From: Octopus bimaculoides
Lineage: Eukaryota
DNA length: 44,818 nucleotides
Direction: 5' to 3'
NCBI RefSeq assembly: GCF_001194135.2
Contig: NC_068992.1
Coordinates: 24,530,715 to 24,575,532, forward strand
The notes under the pieces were generated by a model. The model was given only the letters and a program-made list of their open reading frames with translations. It was not told the DNA's origin and searched no databases. Within the stretch, counting starts at the first letter, position 1; each line of letters opens with the position of its first letter. Of the stretch, positions 32,402 to 43,105 are shown in pieces. The translations under genes were made by a program, and so were the position numbers.

Positions 32402-32798
32402 ATCTTTTATCTTTTACTTGTTTCAGTCATTAGGCCACGGCCATGCTGGGGCACTGCCTCGAAGAAGTTTTAGTTAAATGTATTGACACCTGTGCATATT
32501 ATTTACAGCCTGGTACTTATTCTATCGGTCTTTTTTGCCAAACTGCTAAGTTACAGTGACATAAGCACACCAGCACCAGTTGTCAAGCAGTGGTGAGCAG
32601 ACAAACACAGACTCTAATACACACACAGACACACACACACACACACACACACACATTTATATGATGAGCCTCCTTCAGTTTCTTTCTTCCAAATCCATTC
32701 AGAAGGCTTCAGTTGTCCAACGTACCACATAGTGGGACCGAACCCGGAACCATGTGGATGGGAAGGAAACTTCTTACCACACAGCCACACTTGTGCCT
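32402..32798 (-). mobile_element. SINE family A, full length
   Basis: Tail 1, (CA)n, and head ending CTTACCACACAGCCACACTTGTGCCT. Confidence 0.88.
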
Positions 32799-33157
32799 AC
32801 AGAGAAGTGATATTGAACCAGTATTTATTATTATTATCATTATTATTATTATTATTATTATTGGCATTATGACCCTTGCAAAACCCAACTGGATTTGTTC
32901 CAAAACACAAATGCACTTTAAGAATTTTTGCAAACCAAATACAAAAAAAAATTAATCACACTTGTAAGTTATGAAACCAGATTATAATAGTAGAAGATGC
33001 TCGGCAGAGGACTGAAAGAAGGGGGCTTCAATAAAGGTCCCTTGCCAATGCTACAATATATAAATGTGTGAACGCAGATAAAATAGGTGGTATGAAAGAT
33101 TTAGTGATAAAAATTCTGGAAACTGAATGTGTTAAAAGGAAAGATTACAAAGTCAAA

Positions 33158-33163
<6 letters not shown>

Positions 33164-33230
<67 letters not shown>

Positions 33231-33250
33231 TGTATGTATGTATGTATGTG
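33164..33250. repeat. (TA)n-(TATG)n microsatellite
   Basis: Directly visible. Confidence 0.95.
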
Positions 33251-33879
33251 TATATACGTGCGTAGTAAAATAGATACAAAATGTCTAAAATCTTTGAATG
33301 GAATAGAAGCTGCTCCTAGTTCTTTTGTTATGAAATTAGTCTTTATAAGAGTTTTGGCCATATTTTCTGGCAGAGAAGAAACACCTGCAAAAGATGCAGA
33401 CACCTGAAGATTGGCTCCCTGCCATTGATGTGATGAAATACCAATTGATAGAATCTGCCCAATTTCTTTGATTGAGTAGGAGCCAAACTTTTGAGTTACC
33501 TTTCTTTTTCCCTTCTTTTTTTTTTATTTTGCATAGTTTTTTCTTTTTATTTCACAATTGATGGCTTGAATAAATTTTTTATATATTTTTTATATTTACT
33601 TCTTGAGTTTTTTTCTTGTTCCCCTTCCAATTCCATTAATGATACTGTCCTCTACAGCAACATGCAAAGCTATATTTTCTTTTCTTTTATTTATTTATTT
33701 TTTTTTTGTTAATCTTCTCAAAAATTTGTTATAATATACTTTTCGCCCTGAACGATGTAACATACTAAATGACAAATTATACAGACAGGCAAAAGAGACA
33801 AGATTTATTTGGTTGGTAAAAAACAAACCAACTTTAATCCAAAAAAATATACGTTTCCATTTGATTATACAATGTAGAC

Positions 33880-34275
33880 TTTTATTCTTTTACTTGTTTC
33901 AGTCATTTCACTGTGGCCATGCTGGAGTACCACAATGAAGGGCTTTTAGTCGAAGAAATCAACCCCAAAACTTATTCTTTGTAATGTCTGTTTTCCATGC
34001 TGTACTTATTATTCTATCGGTCACATTCACCATACTGCTAAGTTACAGGGACATAGACACATCAAAATTGATTAAGTGATGGTTGGGGGCAAACATACTC
34101 TCTCTCACACACACACACACACATACATACATATAACAGGCTTCTTTCAGTTTCCATCTTCCAGGTCCACTCACAAGGCTTTGATCAGCCCAAGGCTATA
34201 GAAAACGACCCTTGCTGAAGGTGCCATGAAGTGAGACTGAACCCAGAAGCATGTGGTTTGGAAGCAAGCTTCTTA
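33880..34275 (-). mobile_element. SINE family A (5'-truncated)
   Basis: Tail 1, (CA)n, and head to GAAGCAAGCTTCTT. Confidence 0.85.
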
Positions 34276-34292
34276 GAGTGTAGATAAATATT

Positions 34293-34432
34293 GATTTCAA
34301 ATTTTGTCCTGGGTACAGCAATTTCAGAGCTGGGGGTAAATTGATAAGATCAACCCAAGTATGCAACTGGTGCTTGCTTTATTGACCCCAGATGGATGAA
34401 AGGCAAAATTGACCTTAGCAAAATTTGAACTC
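34293..34432 (-). mobile_element. SINE family B (B2) fragment
   Basis: GATTTCAAATTTTG..GGATGAAAGGCAAAATTGACCTTAGCAAAATTTGAACTC. Confidence 0.75.
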
Positions 34433-34460
34433 TAGTATAGGTAACTATTATTACATTTAA

Positions 34461-35280
34461 CTCTTTAGCATTTAAACCAACCCTTTAATGTGGTGCTCCA
34501 GCATGGCTGCAATCAAAAGCCTGAAACAAGTAAAAGAAAGATGAAAAAAAGTGAAGAAAGAATATCTGGATGAGATATTCTCCCTGTTTTATGTTCAAAC
34601 CAGCAAGATCTGGCCTCTCCCACTTACCCTACAATGTCATTTTAAAAATAAACAGTCACATCAAGCATTGGGCCTCATAGAGGCGAAGTGGCTGAGCTCT
34701 TTTCAAGTGTTGGACTTCACAGAAGCAATGACCAAATCCTTTGGCATAATGTCGTGCTTGAGAGGAAGGCCCATCAAGCTGAGTGAAAGTGCAGTTGGGG
34801 CAGATACTGGTGTCACGCAAATGGCACCCATGTCAGTGGCACGTAAAAGCACCCATTACACTCTCAGAGTGGTTGGTGTTAAAAATGGCATCCAACCATA
34901 GAAAACCATGCTAAATCAGACTGAAGCTTGGTACAGCCTTCCAGCGTACCAGCCCAGTCAAACTGTCCAACCCATGCCAGCATGGACAATGGACATTAAA
35001 TGATGATGAGGATGATCATAATGATGACAATGATGAGATCAAATTTTGAAAGCTATGAGAGAATGCATGACAAATTCAAAATAATCATTTCTACTATAGA
35101 CACAAGGCCCAAGATTTTACGGGAGTGGGATAGTTGATTACATTGAGACCCAGTAAGCAACTGGTACCTACTTCGTTGGCCACCAAAAAGGATGAAAGGC
35201 AAAGTTGACCTCGGCAGAATTCCAAAACAATGTGAATAAATAAGTATAACATTCGACAGAGTAATCTGAATGCTAAAGAG
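34461..35280. mobile_element. TTAA MITE split by three insertions: SINE tail-1 tip (~34483-34560), RTE 3' end (~34664-35038, +), B2 fragment (~35086-35220, -)
   Basis: TTAA-CTCTTTAGC ... GCTAAAGAG-TCAA. The four remaining segments are colinear with 17552-17771. Confidence 0.8.
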
Positions 35281-35510
35281 TCAAAAATTAAGAAAACACA
35301 TTTTCCATTTCTTACAATTAATTTGTTGGTGCTAATTATCCAAGAAATGATGTTAGTTTTTTAAAGCATTTAAATGGTTAATGAATCAAATGATTTCCAA
35401 ATAGAAGATTGATCAATATCCGGGGTACAAAATCACTACTACCGCTTTCACCTCAGTACTACTCCTTCCTTCCAATTGAGGGTTTTTTTTCTTTTAGTCT
35501 TGCAAGTAGT

Positions 35511-35844
35511 GAAGGTGCATGGCTCAGTGGTTAGACCGTCGAGCTCACGATTGTGAGGTTGTGAGTTCGATTCCTGGACCGGGCTGCATGTTGTGTTCTT
35601 AAGCAAGACACTTTATTTCCCATTGCTCCAGTTCACTCAGCTGTAGAAACGAGTTGCGCCATCACAGGTGCCAAGCCGTTTTGTCCCCTTTACCTTTCCC
35701 TTGGATAACATCAGTGGTGTGGAAGAGGGGAGGCTGGTATGCATGGGCGACTGCTGGCCTTCCACAAACAACCTTGCCTGGACTTGTGCCTCAGAGGGTA
35801 ACTGTCTAGGTACAATCCCATGGTCAGTCATGACCGAAGGGGTC
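35511..35844 (+). mobile_element. SINE family D head + body D2, full length
   Basis: GGTGCATGGCTCAGTGGTTAG (A box)..GAGTTCGATTCCTGG (B box)..TTCTTAAGCAAGACACTTTATTTC (CORE-like). Confidence 0.9.
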
Positions 35845-35894
35845 ATGTTACTCAGTGACCCTGTTGGTCCTGGTGCCACCTAAACAAAAGCACA

Positions 35895-36157
35895 GGTGCT
35901 GGCACCACATGAAAAGCATTCGGTATGTTCTGTAAAGTGGTTGGTGTTAGGAAGGGCATGCAGTTATTAGAAACCACTGGCATGGCCCTCTGGCCTTACC
36001 AACATCTACCAAAGTGTCCGACCCCAGGCCAGCATGGAAAACAGACATTAAATGAGGATGGTGATGATGGTGATAGTGATGATGACAACGGTGGTGGTGG
36101 TGGTGATGATGAGGATGATGATGATGATGACAACAATGACGACGATGACAGTGATGA

Positions 36158-36189
<32 letters not shown>

Positions 36190-36260
36190 ATGACAATGAC
36201 GACAGCGATAACAGTGATGATGATGATGATGATGACAACATTGATGCTGCTACCGATATG
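35895..36260 (+). mobile_element. RTE-type 3' UTR fragment with a greatly expanded (GAT)/(GAC)/(GGT) tail
   Basis: GTGGTTGGTGTTAGGAAGGGCATG..CCAGCATGGAAAACAGACATTAAATGA, then ~200 nt of triplet repeats. Confidence 0.8.
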
Positions 36261-37707
36261 ATGAAGATCTGCTACATCCTATAATTCATCATTGTTATGC
36301 TAATTCGTACATGTAAATAAATTATATGTTGCCAGAAAGCTTCAATACAGCCGCAGCAGTTTAAACAACTTTCAGTGACATGTCTCAGCTCCAGTTCTTC
36401 TAGAATACATTGAAACATTTTTTTGTTGCAAGAAATTAAGACCAGATGTCTCATCTGAAGATAACTTGCTGCCTTCTTATACACCGTTATCAACTGCAAC
36501 AAGTTGTGGTTAGTTACCATTTTGCTCCCACAAGTCTCAGAAACCCAAAAAACGTCAGGACCACTTCTCCACTTTCTTGTAATTAAACCATGAAATACTA
36601 AGACACATCTATCTACAACAGTACAGTAAAAATCTTAAACACAGGTATACAGAGCAAGCATGAATTCAATAGCTTTGCTTACTCCAAGCATTACACTAAA
36701 ATAGGAGCATTCTGTGCAGCATGGAATTTTGTCAGTGAACAGGACATGGTCTCAAAGCGATGAAAATATTTTGGCAAATTAAATTTGAATGTTGAAGTGA
36801 ATCTAACGGTTTTTGTGTGTTTCTTAAATGGCTTATAAACACCTTCCATGCTGGAATTGTTTTCGTTCCAGCACACAATCTCAGATCAGGTCACTTGCTA
36901 AGCAAGTACATCTCCGTAATATGTACATACATACATACATANNNNNNNNNNNNNNNNNNNNNNNNNNNNNNNNNNNNNNNNNNNNNNNNNNNNNNNNNNN
37001 NNNNNNNNNNNNNNNNNNNNNNNNNNNNNNNNNNNNNNNNNNNNNNNNNNNNNNNNNNNNNNNNNNNNNNNNNNNNNNNNNNNNNNNNNNNNNNNNNNNN
37101 NNNNNNNNNNNNNNNNNNNNNNNNNNNNNNNNNNNNNNNNNNNNNNNNNNNNNNNNNNNNNNNNNNNNNNNNNNNNNNNNNNNNNNNNNNNNNNNNNNNN
37201 NNNNNNNNNNNNNNNNNNNNNNNNNNNNNNNNNNNNNNNNNNNNNNNNNNNNNNNNNNNNNNNNNNNNNNNNNNNNNNNNNNNNNNNNNNNNNNNNNNNN
37301 NNNNNNNNNNNNNNNNNNNNNNNNNNNNNNNNNNNNNNNNNNNNNNNNNNNNNNNNNNNNNNNNNNNNNNNNNNNNNNNNNNNNNNNNNNNNNNNNNNNN
37401 NNNNNNNNNNNNNNNNNNNNNNNNNNNNNNNNNNNNNNNNNNNNNNNNNNNNNNNNNNNNNNNNNNNNNNNNNNNNNNNNNNNNNNNNNNNNNNNNNNNN
37501 NNNNNNNNNNNNNNNNNNNNNNNNNNNNNNNNNNNNNNNNNNNNNNNNNNNNNNNNNNNNNNNNNNNNNNNNNNNNNNNNNNNNNNNNNNNNNNNNNNNN
37601 NNNNNNNNNNNNNNNNNNNNNNNNNNNNNNNNNNNNNNNNNNNNNNNNNNNNNNNNNNNNNNNNNNNNNNNNNNNNNNNNNNNNNNNNNNNNNNNNNNNN
37701 NNNNNNN

Positions 37708-37742
<35 letters not shown>

Positions 37743-38460
37743 CATATATTGTATAGCAAGATAACAGGTAATACCGTTAGTAGGAGAGGTTGAGAAGGTA
37801 AAATAGAAGGATGAAATATTGTAACACACACATAAATTCTTATAAATCTTAATCTTTGAATTCTGGAAGGTGAAGGCTTTTGTACCATGCGTGATGGCAT
37901 ACAAGACATACTTTCTGTCCCCCCCCAAAATAATCCCTCAAGGCTGTATATGTGAAAATGCACCTCCCATGGTCTTTACTGCACTAAAACCTTGTTTTTC
38001 TTTTTTTTTTTTTTGAATATGCACTGCTGAAATTGAGGTGTGTCTTTTATATGCTTTTGTCTTTGTCTTTTTTTTTTATGTCATCAAATACAGGAGTGAT
38101 TTCTCACTGCTTGATACGAAAGACAAGACACAAGACACGATAGTTATTTCACCGTAACAATGTCAGTGAATGTAAAATGATACACTGACAAATATGTGTA
38201 TACTTGCTGGGAGGTAAACATCTCAGAATCAAAACATCTCATTCACAGGTATTTATATCGTTGACAGTCATCCAGAAATGATTATATGAAACATGATCAA
38301 CAGAAAAATTACTTTTGTTTTTACTGGGGAATGTTATCTGGAGAGCAGCGAGTTAAAACACAGTTTCTGTGTGGTGTGCTCGTTAATACAATTTGAGAGT
38401 TTTAGGAAGGAAATAGATTAGATGTTTGGGTTATCTTTCATTTTTTACTTGCATCAGTTA

Positions 38461-38571
38461 GTGAAGGCACGTGGTTTAGTGGTTAGAGTAACAAGTTCAT
38501 GATAATAAAACCATGAGTTCAATTCCCGGTGCCGCATTATGTCCTTGCGCAAGACACTTTATTCCACTTTT
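38461..38571 (+). mobile_element. SINE family D head, interrupted by a hAT element
   Basis: GAAGGCACGTGGTTTAGTGGTTAG..GAGTTCAATTCCCGG..GTCCTTGCGCAAGACACTTT. Confidence 0.8.
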
Positions 38572-38579
38572 CTCTAGAC

Positions 38580-38812
38580 CAGGGGTTTTCAAACTGCGGT
38601 CCGCGGACCACAGGGGGTCCGTAGACAGCAAATACTTTTTATGGGCAATTTGATCTTATATATGTTTTTTAATCGAAATCTTTTAATTGACAATAGACCT
38701 ATTTGTTAAATACTGTTAAATAAATAAATGTAAAAATATATGTTATTTTAAGCAAATATTTATGTATAAATTTCATAAGCGTTTATAAGAGGGTCCCTAA
38801 GGTAAAGCCTGA
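38580..38812 (+). mobile_element. hAT (Charlie-like) non-autonomous element, right end lost in gap
   Basis: CTCTAGAC (38572-79, fits the NTCTAGAN Charlie target preference) followed by CAGGGGTTTTCAAACTGCGGTCCGCGGACC. Confidence 0.8.
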
Positions 38813-39580
38813 NNNNNNNNNNNNNNNNNNNNNNNNNNNNNNNNNNNNNNNNNNNNNNNNNNNNNNNNNNNNNNNNNNNNNNNNNNNNNNNNNNNNNNNN
38901 NNNNNNNNNNNNNNNNNNNNNNNNNNNNNNNNNNNNNNNNNNNNNNNNNNNNNNNNNNNNNNNNNNNNNNNNNNNNNNNNNNNNNNNNNNNNNNNNNNNN
39001 NNNNNNNNNNNNNNNNNNNNNNNNNNNNNNNNNNNNNNNNNNNNNNNNNNNNNNNNNNNNNNNNNNNNNNNNNNNNNNNNNNNNNNNNNNNNNNNNNNNN
39101 NNNNNNNNNNNNNNNNNNNNNNNNNNNNNNNNNNNNNNNNNNNNNNNNNNNNNNNNNNNNNNNNNNNNNNNNNNNNNNNNNNNNNNNNNNNNNNNNNNNN
39201 NNNNNNNNNNNNNNNNNNNNNNNNNNNNNNNNNNNNNNNNNNNNNNNNNNNNNNNNNNNNNNNNNNNNNNNNNNNNNNNNNNNNNNNNNNNNNNNNNNNN
39301 NNNNNNNNNNNNNNNNNNNNNNNNNNNNNNNNNNNNNNNNNNNNNNNNNNNNNNNNNNNNNNNNNNNNNNNNNNNNNNNNNNNNNNNNNNNNNNNNNNNN
39401 NNNNNNNNNNNNNNNNNNNNNNNNNNNNNNNNNNNNNNNNNNNNNNNNNNNNNNNNNNNNNNNNNNNNNNNNNNNNNNNNNNNNNNNNNNNNNNNNNNNN
39501 NNNNNNNNNNNNNNNNNNNNNNNNNNNNNNNNNNNNNNNNNNNNNNNNNNNNNNNNNNNNNNNNNNNNNNNNNNNNNNNN

Positions 39581-39840
39581 NATACAAGGTATTGGAATCT
39601 TATATGTATACCATTCTGCCTAAACAATGGATTTACAAATACAATATCCCTACATTCATTCTCTATTTCCTACCTTATCTAAACTAACTATTGCTTAACC
39701 ATCCTCTCACACCGTCTCCGATGAAGGGATATAATAAATATCCTGGAAACAGCTGTAAGACCTTCTATTTATAAATGTTCTATAATGTACACAGCCTTGT
39801 TTTTTTGTATCTCATTACAAAAAGTAAATCCTATATATGT
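39581..39840 (+). mobile_element. Penelope-like element terminal fragment
   Basis: Carries a (C)CGATGAAG..GAAACAGCTGTA hammerhead motif in pyrimidine-rich flanks, as in Penelope pLTRs. Boundaries uncertain. Confidence 0.55.
39714..39761 (+). ncRNA. Minimal type I hammerhead ribozyme motif
   Basis: Stem I GTCT/AGAC; core CCGATGA; stem II GGATAT-AATAA-ATATCC; GAAA; stem III AC-AGCT-GT; GUA cleavage triplet ending at 39757. Confidence 0.62.
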
Positions 39841-40029
39841 ATATATTATTGCAATACAACAGTATTATTTTCCAGCTATTGTACTGTAATAATATTATCT
39901 TCGCCACCTGCACACACCTTTGCTTCTATACATCCAGTGAAGCTTTGCATAGCATTGTGCAGTTATCGACTGCTATTTTCAGCAAAACTTGGTGCCTTGT
40001 TGTGCCACTATTTTATATGTATATGACCC

Positions 40030-40209
40030 TCATGCCGGTGACATGTAAAAGCACCCACTACACTCTCAGAGTGGTTGGCGTTAGGAAGGGCATCCAGCTG
40101 TAGAAACTCTGTCAGATCAGATTGGAGCCTGGTGCAGCCTTCTGGTTCGCCAGTCCTCAGTCAAATCATCCAACCCATGCTAGCATGGAAGGCGGACGTT
40201 AAACGATGA

Positions 40210-40213
<4 letters not shown>
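40030..40213 (+). mobile_element. RTE-type 3' UTR fragment (family C)
   Basis: GTAAAAGCACCCACTACACTCTCAGAGTGGTTGGCGTTAGGAAGGGCATCC...GCGGACGTTAAACGATGATGAT. Confidence 0.9.
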
Positions 40214-40245
<32 letters not shown>

Positions 40246-40251
<6 letters not shown>

Positions 40252-40390
40252 AGCTTCTCACAGTTTCCATCTACCATATCCACTCACAAGGCTGAGGCTA
40301 TAGCAGAAGGCACTTGTCCAAGGTGTTACGCAGTGTGGTTGAACCAAACACCATGAGGTTCAGAAGCAAACTTCTTACCACACAGCCAAG
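40246..40390 (-). mobile_element. SINE family A head
   Basis: CAGTTTCCATCTACCATATCCACTCACAAGG..CACTTGTCCAAGGTG..CTTACCACACAGCCA. Confidence 0.8.
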
Positions 40391-40552
40391 TTTGTGTATA
40401 TGTTTGCACATGTTTGGTAAAGCAAATAATTTTATTAATATCAGTGAATTCATTCAATTCTCATTAAGAAGTTGAAAAGCAGAATGTGAGAAAGACAAGT
40501 ATTGCAGGCATGTTTATTATGATTCAAAACTCAGGAACAGAATTTCTCTTAC

Positions 40553-40612
40553 CTGGCTGGTGGAAACGGAAAAGATATTTTCACGTGTAACAGAAAAATG
40601 GTGAGAACTTAC
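40553..40612 (-). other. Candidate 60-nt exon / recursive-splicing exon
   Basis: Minus strand ...ATTATTTTTCTGTCTTGTCTTTCAG|GTAAGT...CCAGCCAG|GTAAGA. Only phase 0 is open (VSSHHFSVTRENIFSVSTSQ). Confidence 0.45.
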
Positions 40613-40939
40613 CTGAAAGACAAGACAGAAAAATAATATATCAGAACACAATAAAAGAATTGCAATAGAATTAAATTAAATAAAGAATTAGATGAATTCA
40701 ATAAAAATTTTTGATATTTTTAGTTTAACATCATTATATATGAACCACCGAAAGCTATGAAATGATATCCCAAATTTCTTATTAATAAAGCTTCTGTTAT
40801 TTAATCTTCAAAACAATAGTAAATAATTTAATATTTGGCGAAGTAATGGCATTATCCTCTCTCAATGTTTAGTAACATTTTACTGAACAATTAAAAATAA
40901 AATACGCTAGTAATTCAATTTTATTCTTGAGCTTATGTC

Positions 40940-40959
40940 TTATTCCATTATTTCATTTG

Positions 40960-40990
<31 letters not shown>

Positions 40991-41110
40991 ATTATTATTA
41001 TTATTAGTAATAGTAGTATTCTCATTATTATTACTATTATTTTTATTATCATCATCATCATTATTATTATCATTATTATTCTTATTTTCATCATCATTAT
41101 GATCATCACC
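40940..41110. repeat. (TTA)/(ATC) triplet low-complexity tract
   Basis: Directly visible. Confidence 0.9.
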
Positions 41111-41856
41111 TTCATTTAATCTTGATCTTTTGTTCACAACAATGCAAGATATGAAATTAAAGAAAGTAAAGTTTTTTCATGAGAAAACATTGAAAAACCG
41201 AAATAATATTTTTAAAAAAAATTGGAATTACTTTAAAAAAAACCCATATTAATAATAACAATATATCTTATATAAAATTTGCAACCTGGAGCAACCCTCT
41301 AGTCACCTATCCCTCATACATAGACACAACAAGTCTTACATAATAAATATTTACTGCCACAAACACACATTCACACAAGAACATTCACAAAATAATATCA
41401 TAAACTAAGAATCTAATAAGGTTATTATAAAGACAGAAGCTTGCAGTATAATGTTTGAGAAAATTTCTTCCTTTTCATCATTAAAAAATTTTTTTACTTA
41501 TTTTCATTTTAGTGTCATTTTATGACGACATTGTCCAAACTTTTTACATTATTTCTAACATTTTTCTTATACATATAAAACTATAACGTTTCATTTCATC
41601 GCAATATCATCTCGGATGGTAAATGTTATTAAGATTTTATTTAGCTGTTTCTTTAGCAGATATTTTTTTTTTTCTTTTTGTATTCTTGTTCCTGATATCT
41701 ATGGAATATCTGCTACAGAAAGAAAGATGAATATTTACAATAACAAAAAGACAGCAACAAGTAACTATTAAAAAGAAATTAACAGTGAAATATTCATCAC
41801 CAACATAAAAAAAGTTAAAACAAATTTTCTATATATATTTCTATGTGTACACACAC

Positions 41857-42146
41857 GTGAAGGCATGTGGCTTAGTGGTTAGGGCATTTAACTCACGATT
41901 GTAAGGTCGTGAGTTCAATTCCTGGCAATGCATTTTGTCCTTGAGCAAGACACTTTATTTCACATTGCTCCACTCTACTCATCTGGCAAAAATGAGTAGT
42001 ACCTGTATTTCAAAGGGACAGCCTTGTCACATTCTGTGTCATGCTGAAGACCTGCGTTAAGGGTACGCATGTCTGTGGTATACTCAGCCACTTGCACATT
42101 AATTTCACAAGCAAGCTGTTCCATTGATCACATCAGCTGGGACCCT
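41857..42146 (+). mobile_element. SINE family D head + D1/G tail
   Basis: GAAGGCATGTGGCTTAGTGGTTAGGG..GAGTTCAATTCCTGG..GTCCTTGAGCAAGACACTTT..GTACCTGTATTTCAAAGGG..CAGCCACTTGCACATTAATTTCAC. Confidence 0.9.
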
Positions 42147-42641
42147 ACACACACATGTGTATATGCATGCACATATGTGCACACACACACACACACACAA
42201 ATATAAACACATACACATACAGATATACACGCACACACATGTATATAGATGCACACATCTGTGCACACACCCTTCCACCCACGTATACATGCACATATAT
42301 GCACACACAGACACACATATACAAACACACACCTTTTGAAAGATGTCTGAAATTCACTATTATATATTTCTCTCTACCTTCACTAAATCCTTTTCCTTCT
42401 CTTTGATAAAGAATATTACCTGAAACATCAAATTGCCTTCTATTTCTTCCACCAGTGGATTTATCTTAATTGTACACTTCTTTGATTGTAGTTTTTTGAG
42501 ATTTATATTTCTACACTCTTTCACTTACATGCTTTCACGTGTCTAACTCAACATGTTACCTCATTATTTGTCACCTCTCTGTTTCATAATTTTAAACTTT
42601 CCATATCTATTTATCTATATATATACGCATACAAACACACA

Positions 42642-43105
42642 TCATGATCATTTAATATCTGCTTTTCCATATTTGCATGGATCTGACAGAATTCATCAAG
42701 GAAGATTTTCGATGGTTGGATGCCTTTCCAATCACTGACCTTCATCTGTTTCTTAGGAAGCTAATATTTGACATAGCTAGACATATTTTTCATGAAGACT
42801 GGAAACAACCTCATTTGCATGTTGGTGAAATTCACTCACAACAACCATGTGACATTAAGACAAGGGCACACACACACACGAACACACACACACAAACACA
42901 CACAGGCACAGATACATATGCACCCACATACACACATATATGTGTGTGTGTGTGATGGGCTTCTTTCCATTCCTATCAACCAATTTTACTCACAAGGTTT
43001 TGGTCATTCCTGATTTACAGCCAAAGACACTTGCCGGAGGTGCCAAACAGTGCTTTGAACCTTAGACCACCTGAATAGGAAGGAAGCTTCTTAACCACAC
43101 AGCAG
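42642..43105 (-). mobile_element. SINE family A with RTE-type tail (diverged, near full length)
   Basis: CATGATCATTTAATATCTGCTTTTCCATATTTGCATGG tail, CA/TG tract, head ending CTTCTTAACCACACAGC. Confidence 0.75.

Noticed and set aside
33404-33440. Hammerhead-like CTGAAGA..GAAA
   Set aside because: The spacing to GAAA is too long, and no helix I or III can be drawn.
35511-35585. tRNA genes at SINE heads (also 26322, 28053, 29075-29147, 41857)
   Set aside because: A/B boxes are present, but I see no complete cloverleaf and the sequences continue into SINE bodies.
40548-40570. U1 snRNA-like start CTTACCTGGC
   Set aside because: Only ~9 nt match, which is simply the reverse complement of a splice donor; there is no U1 body.
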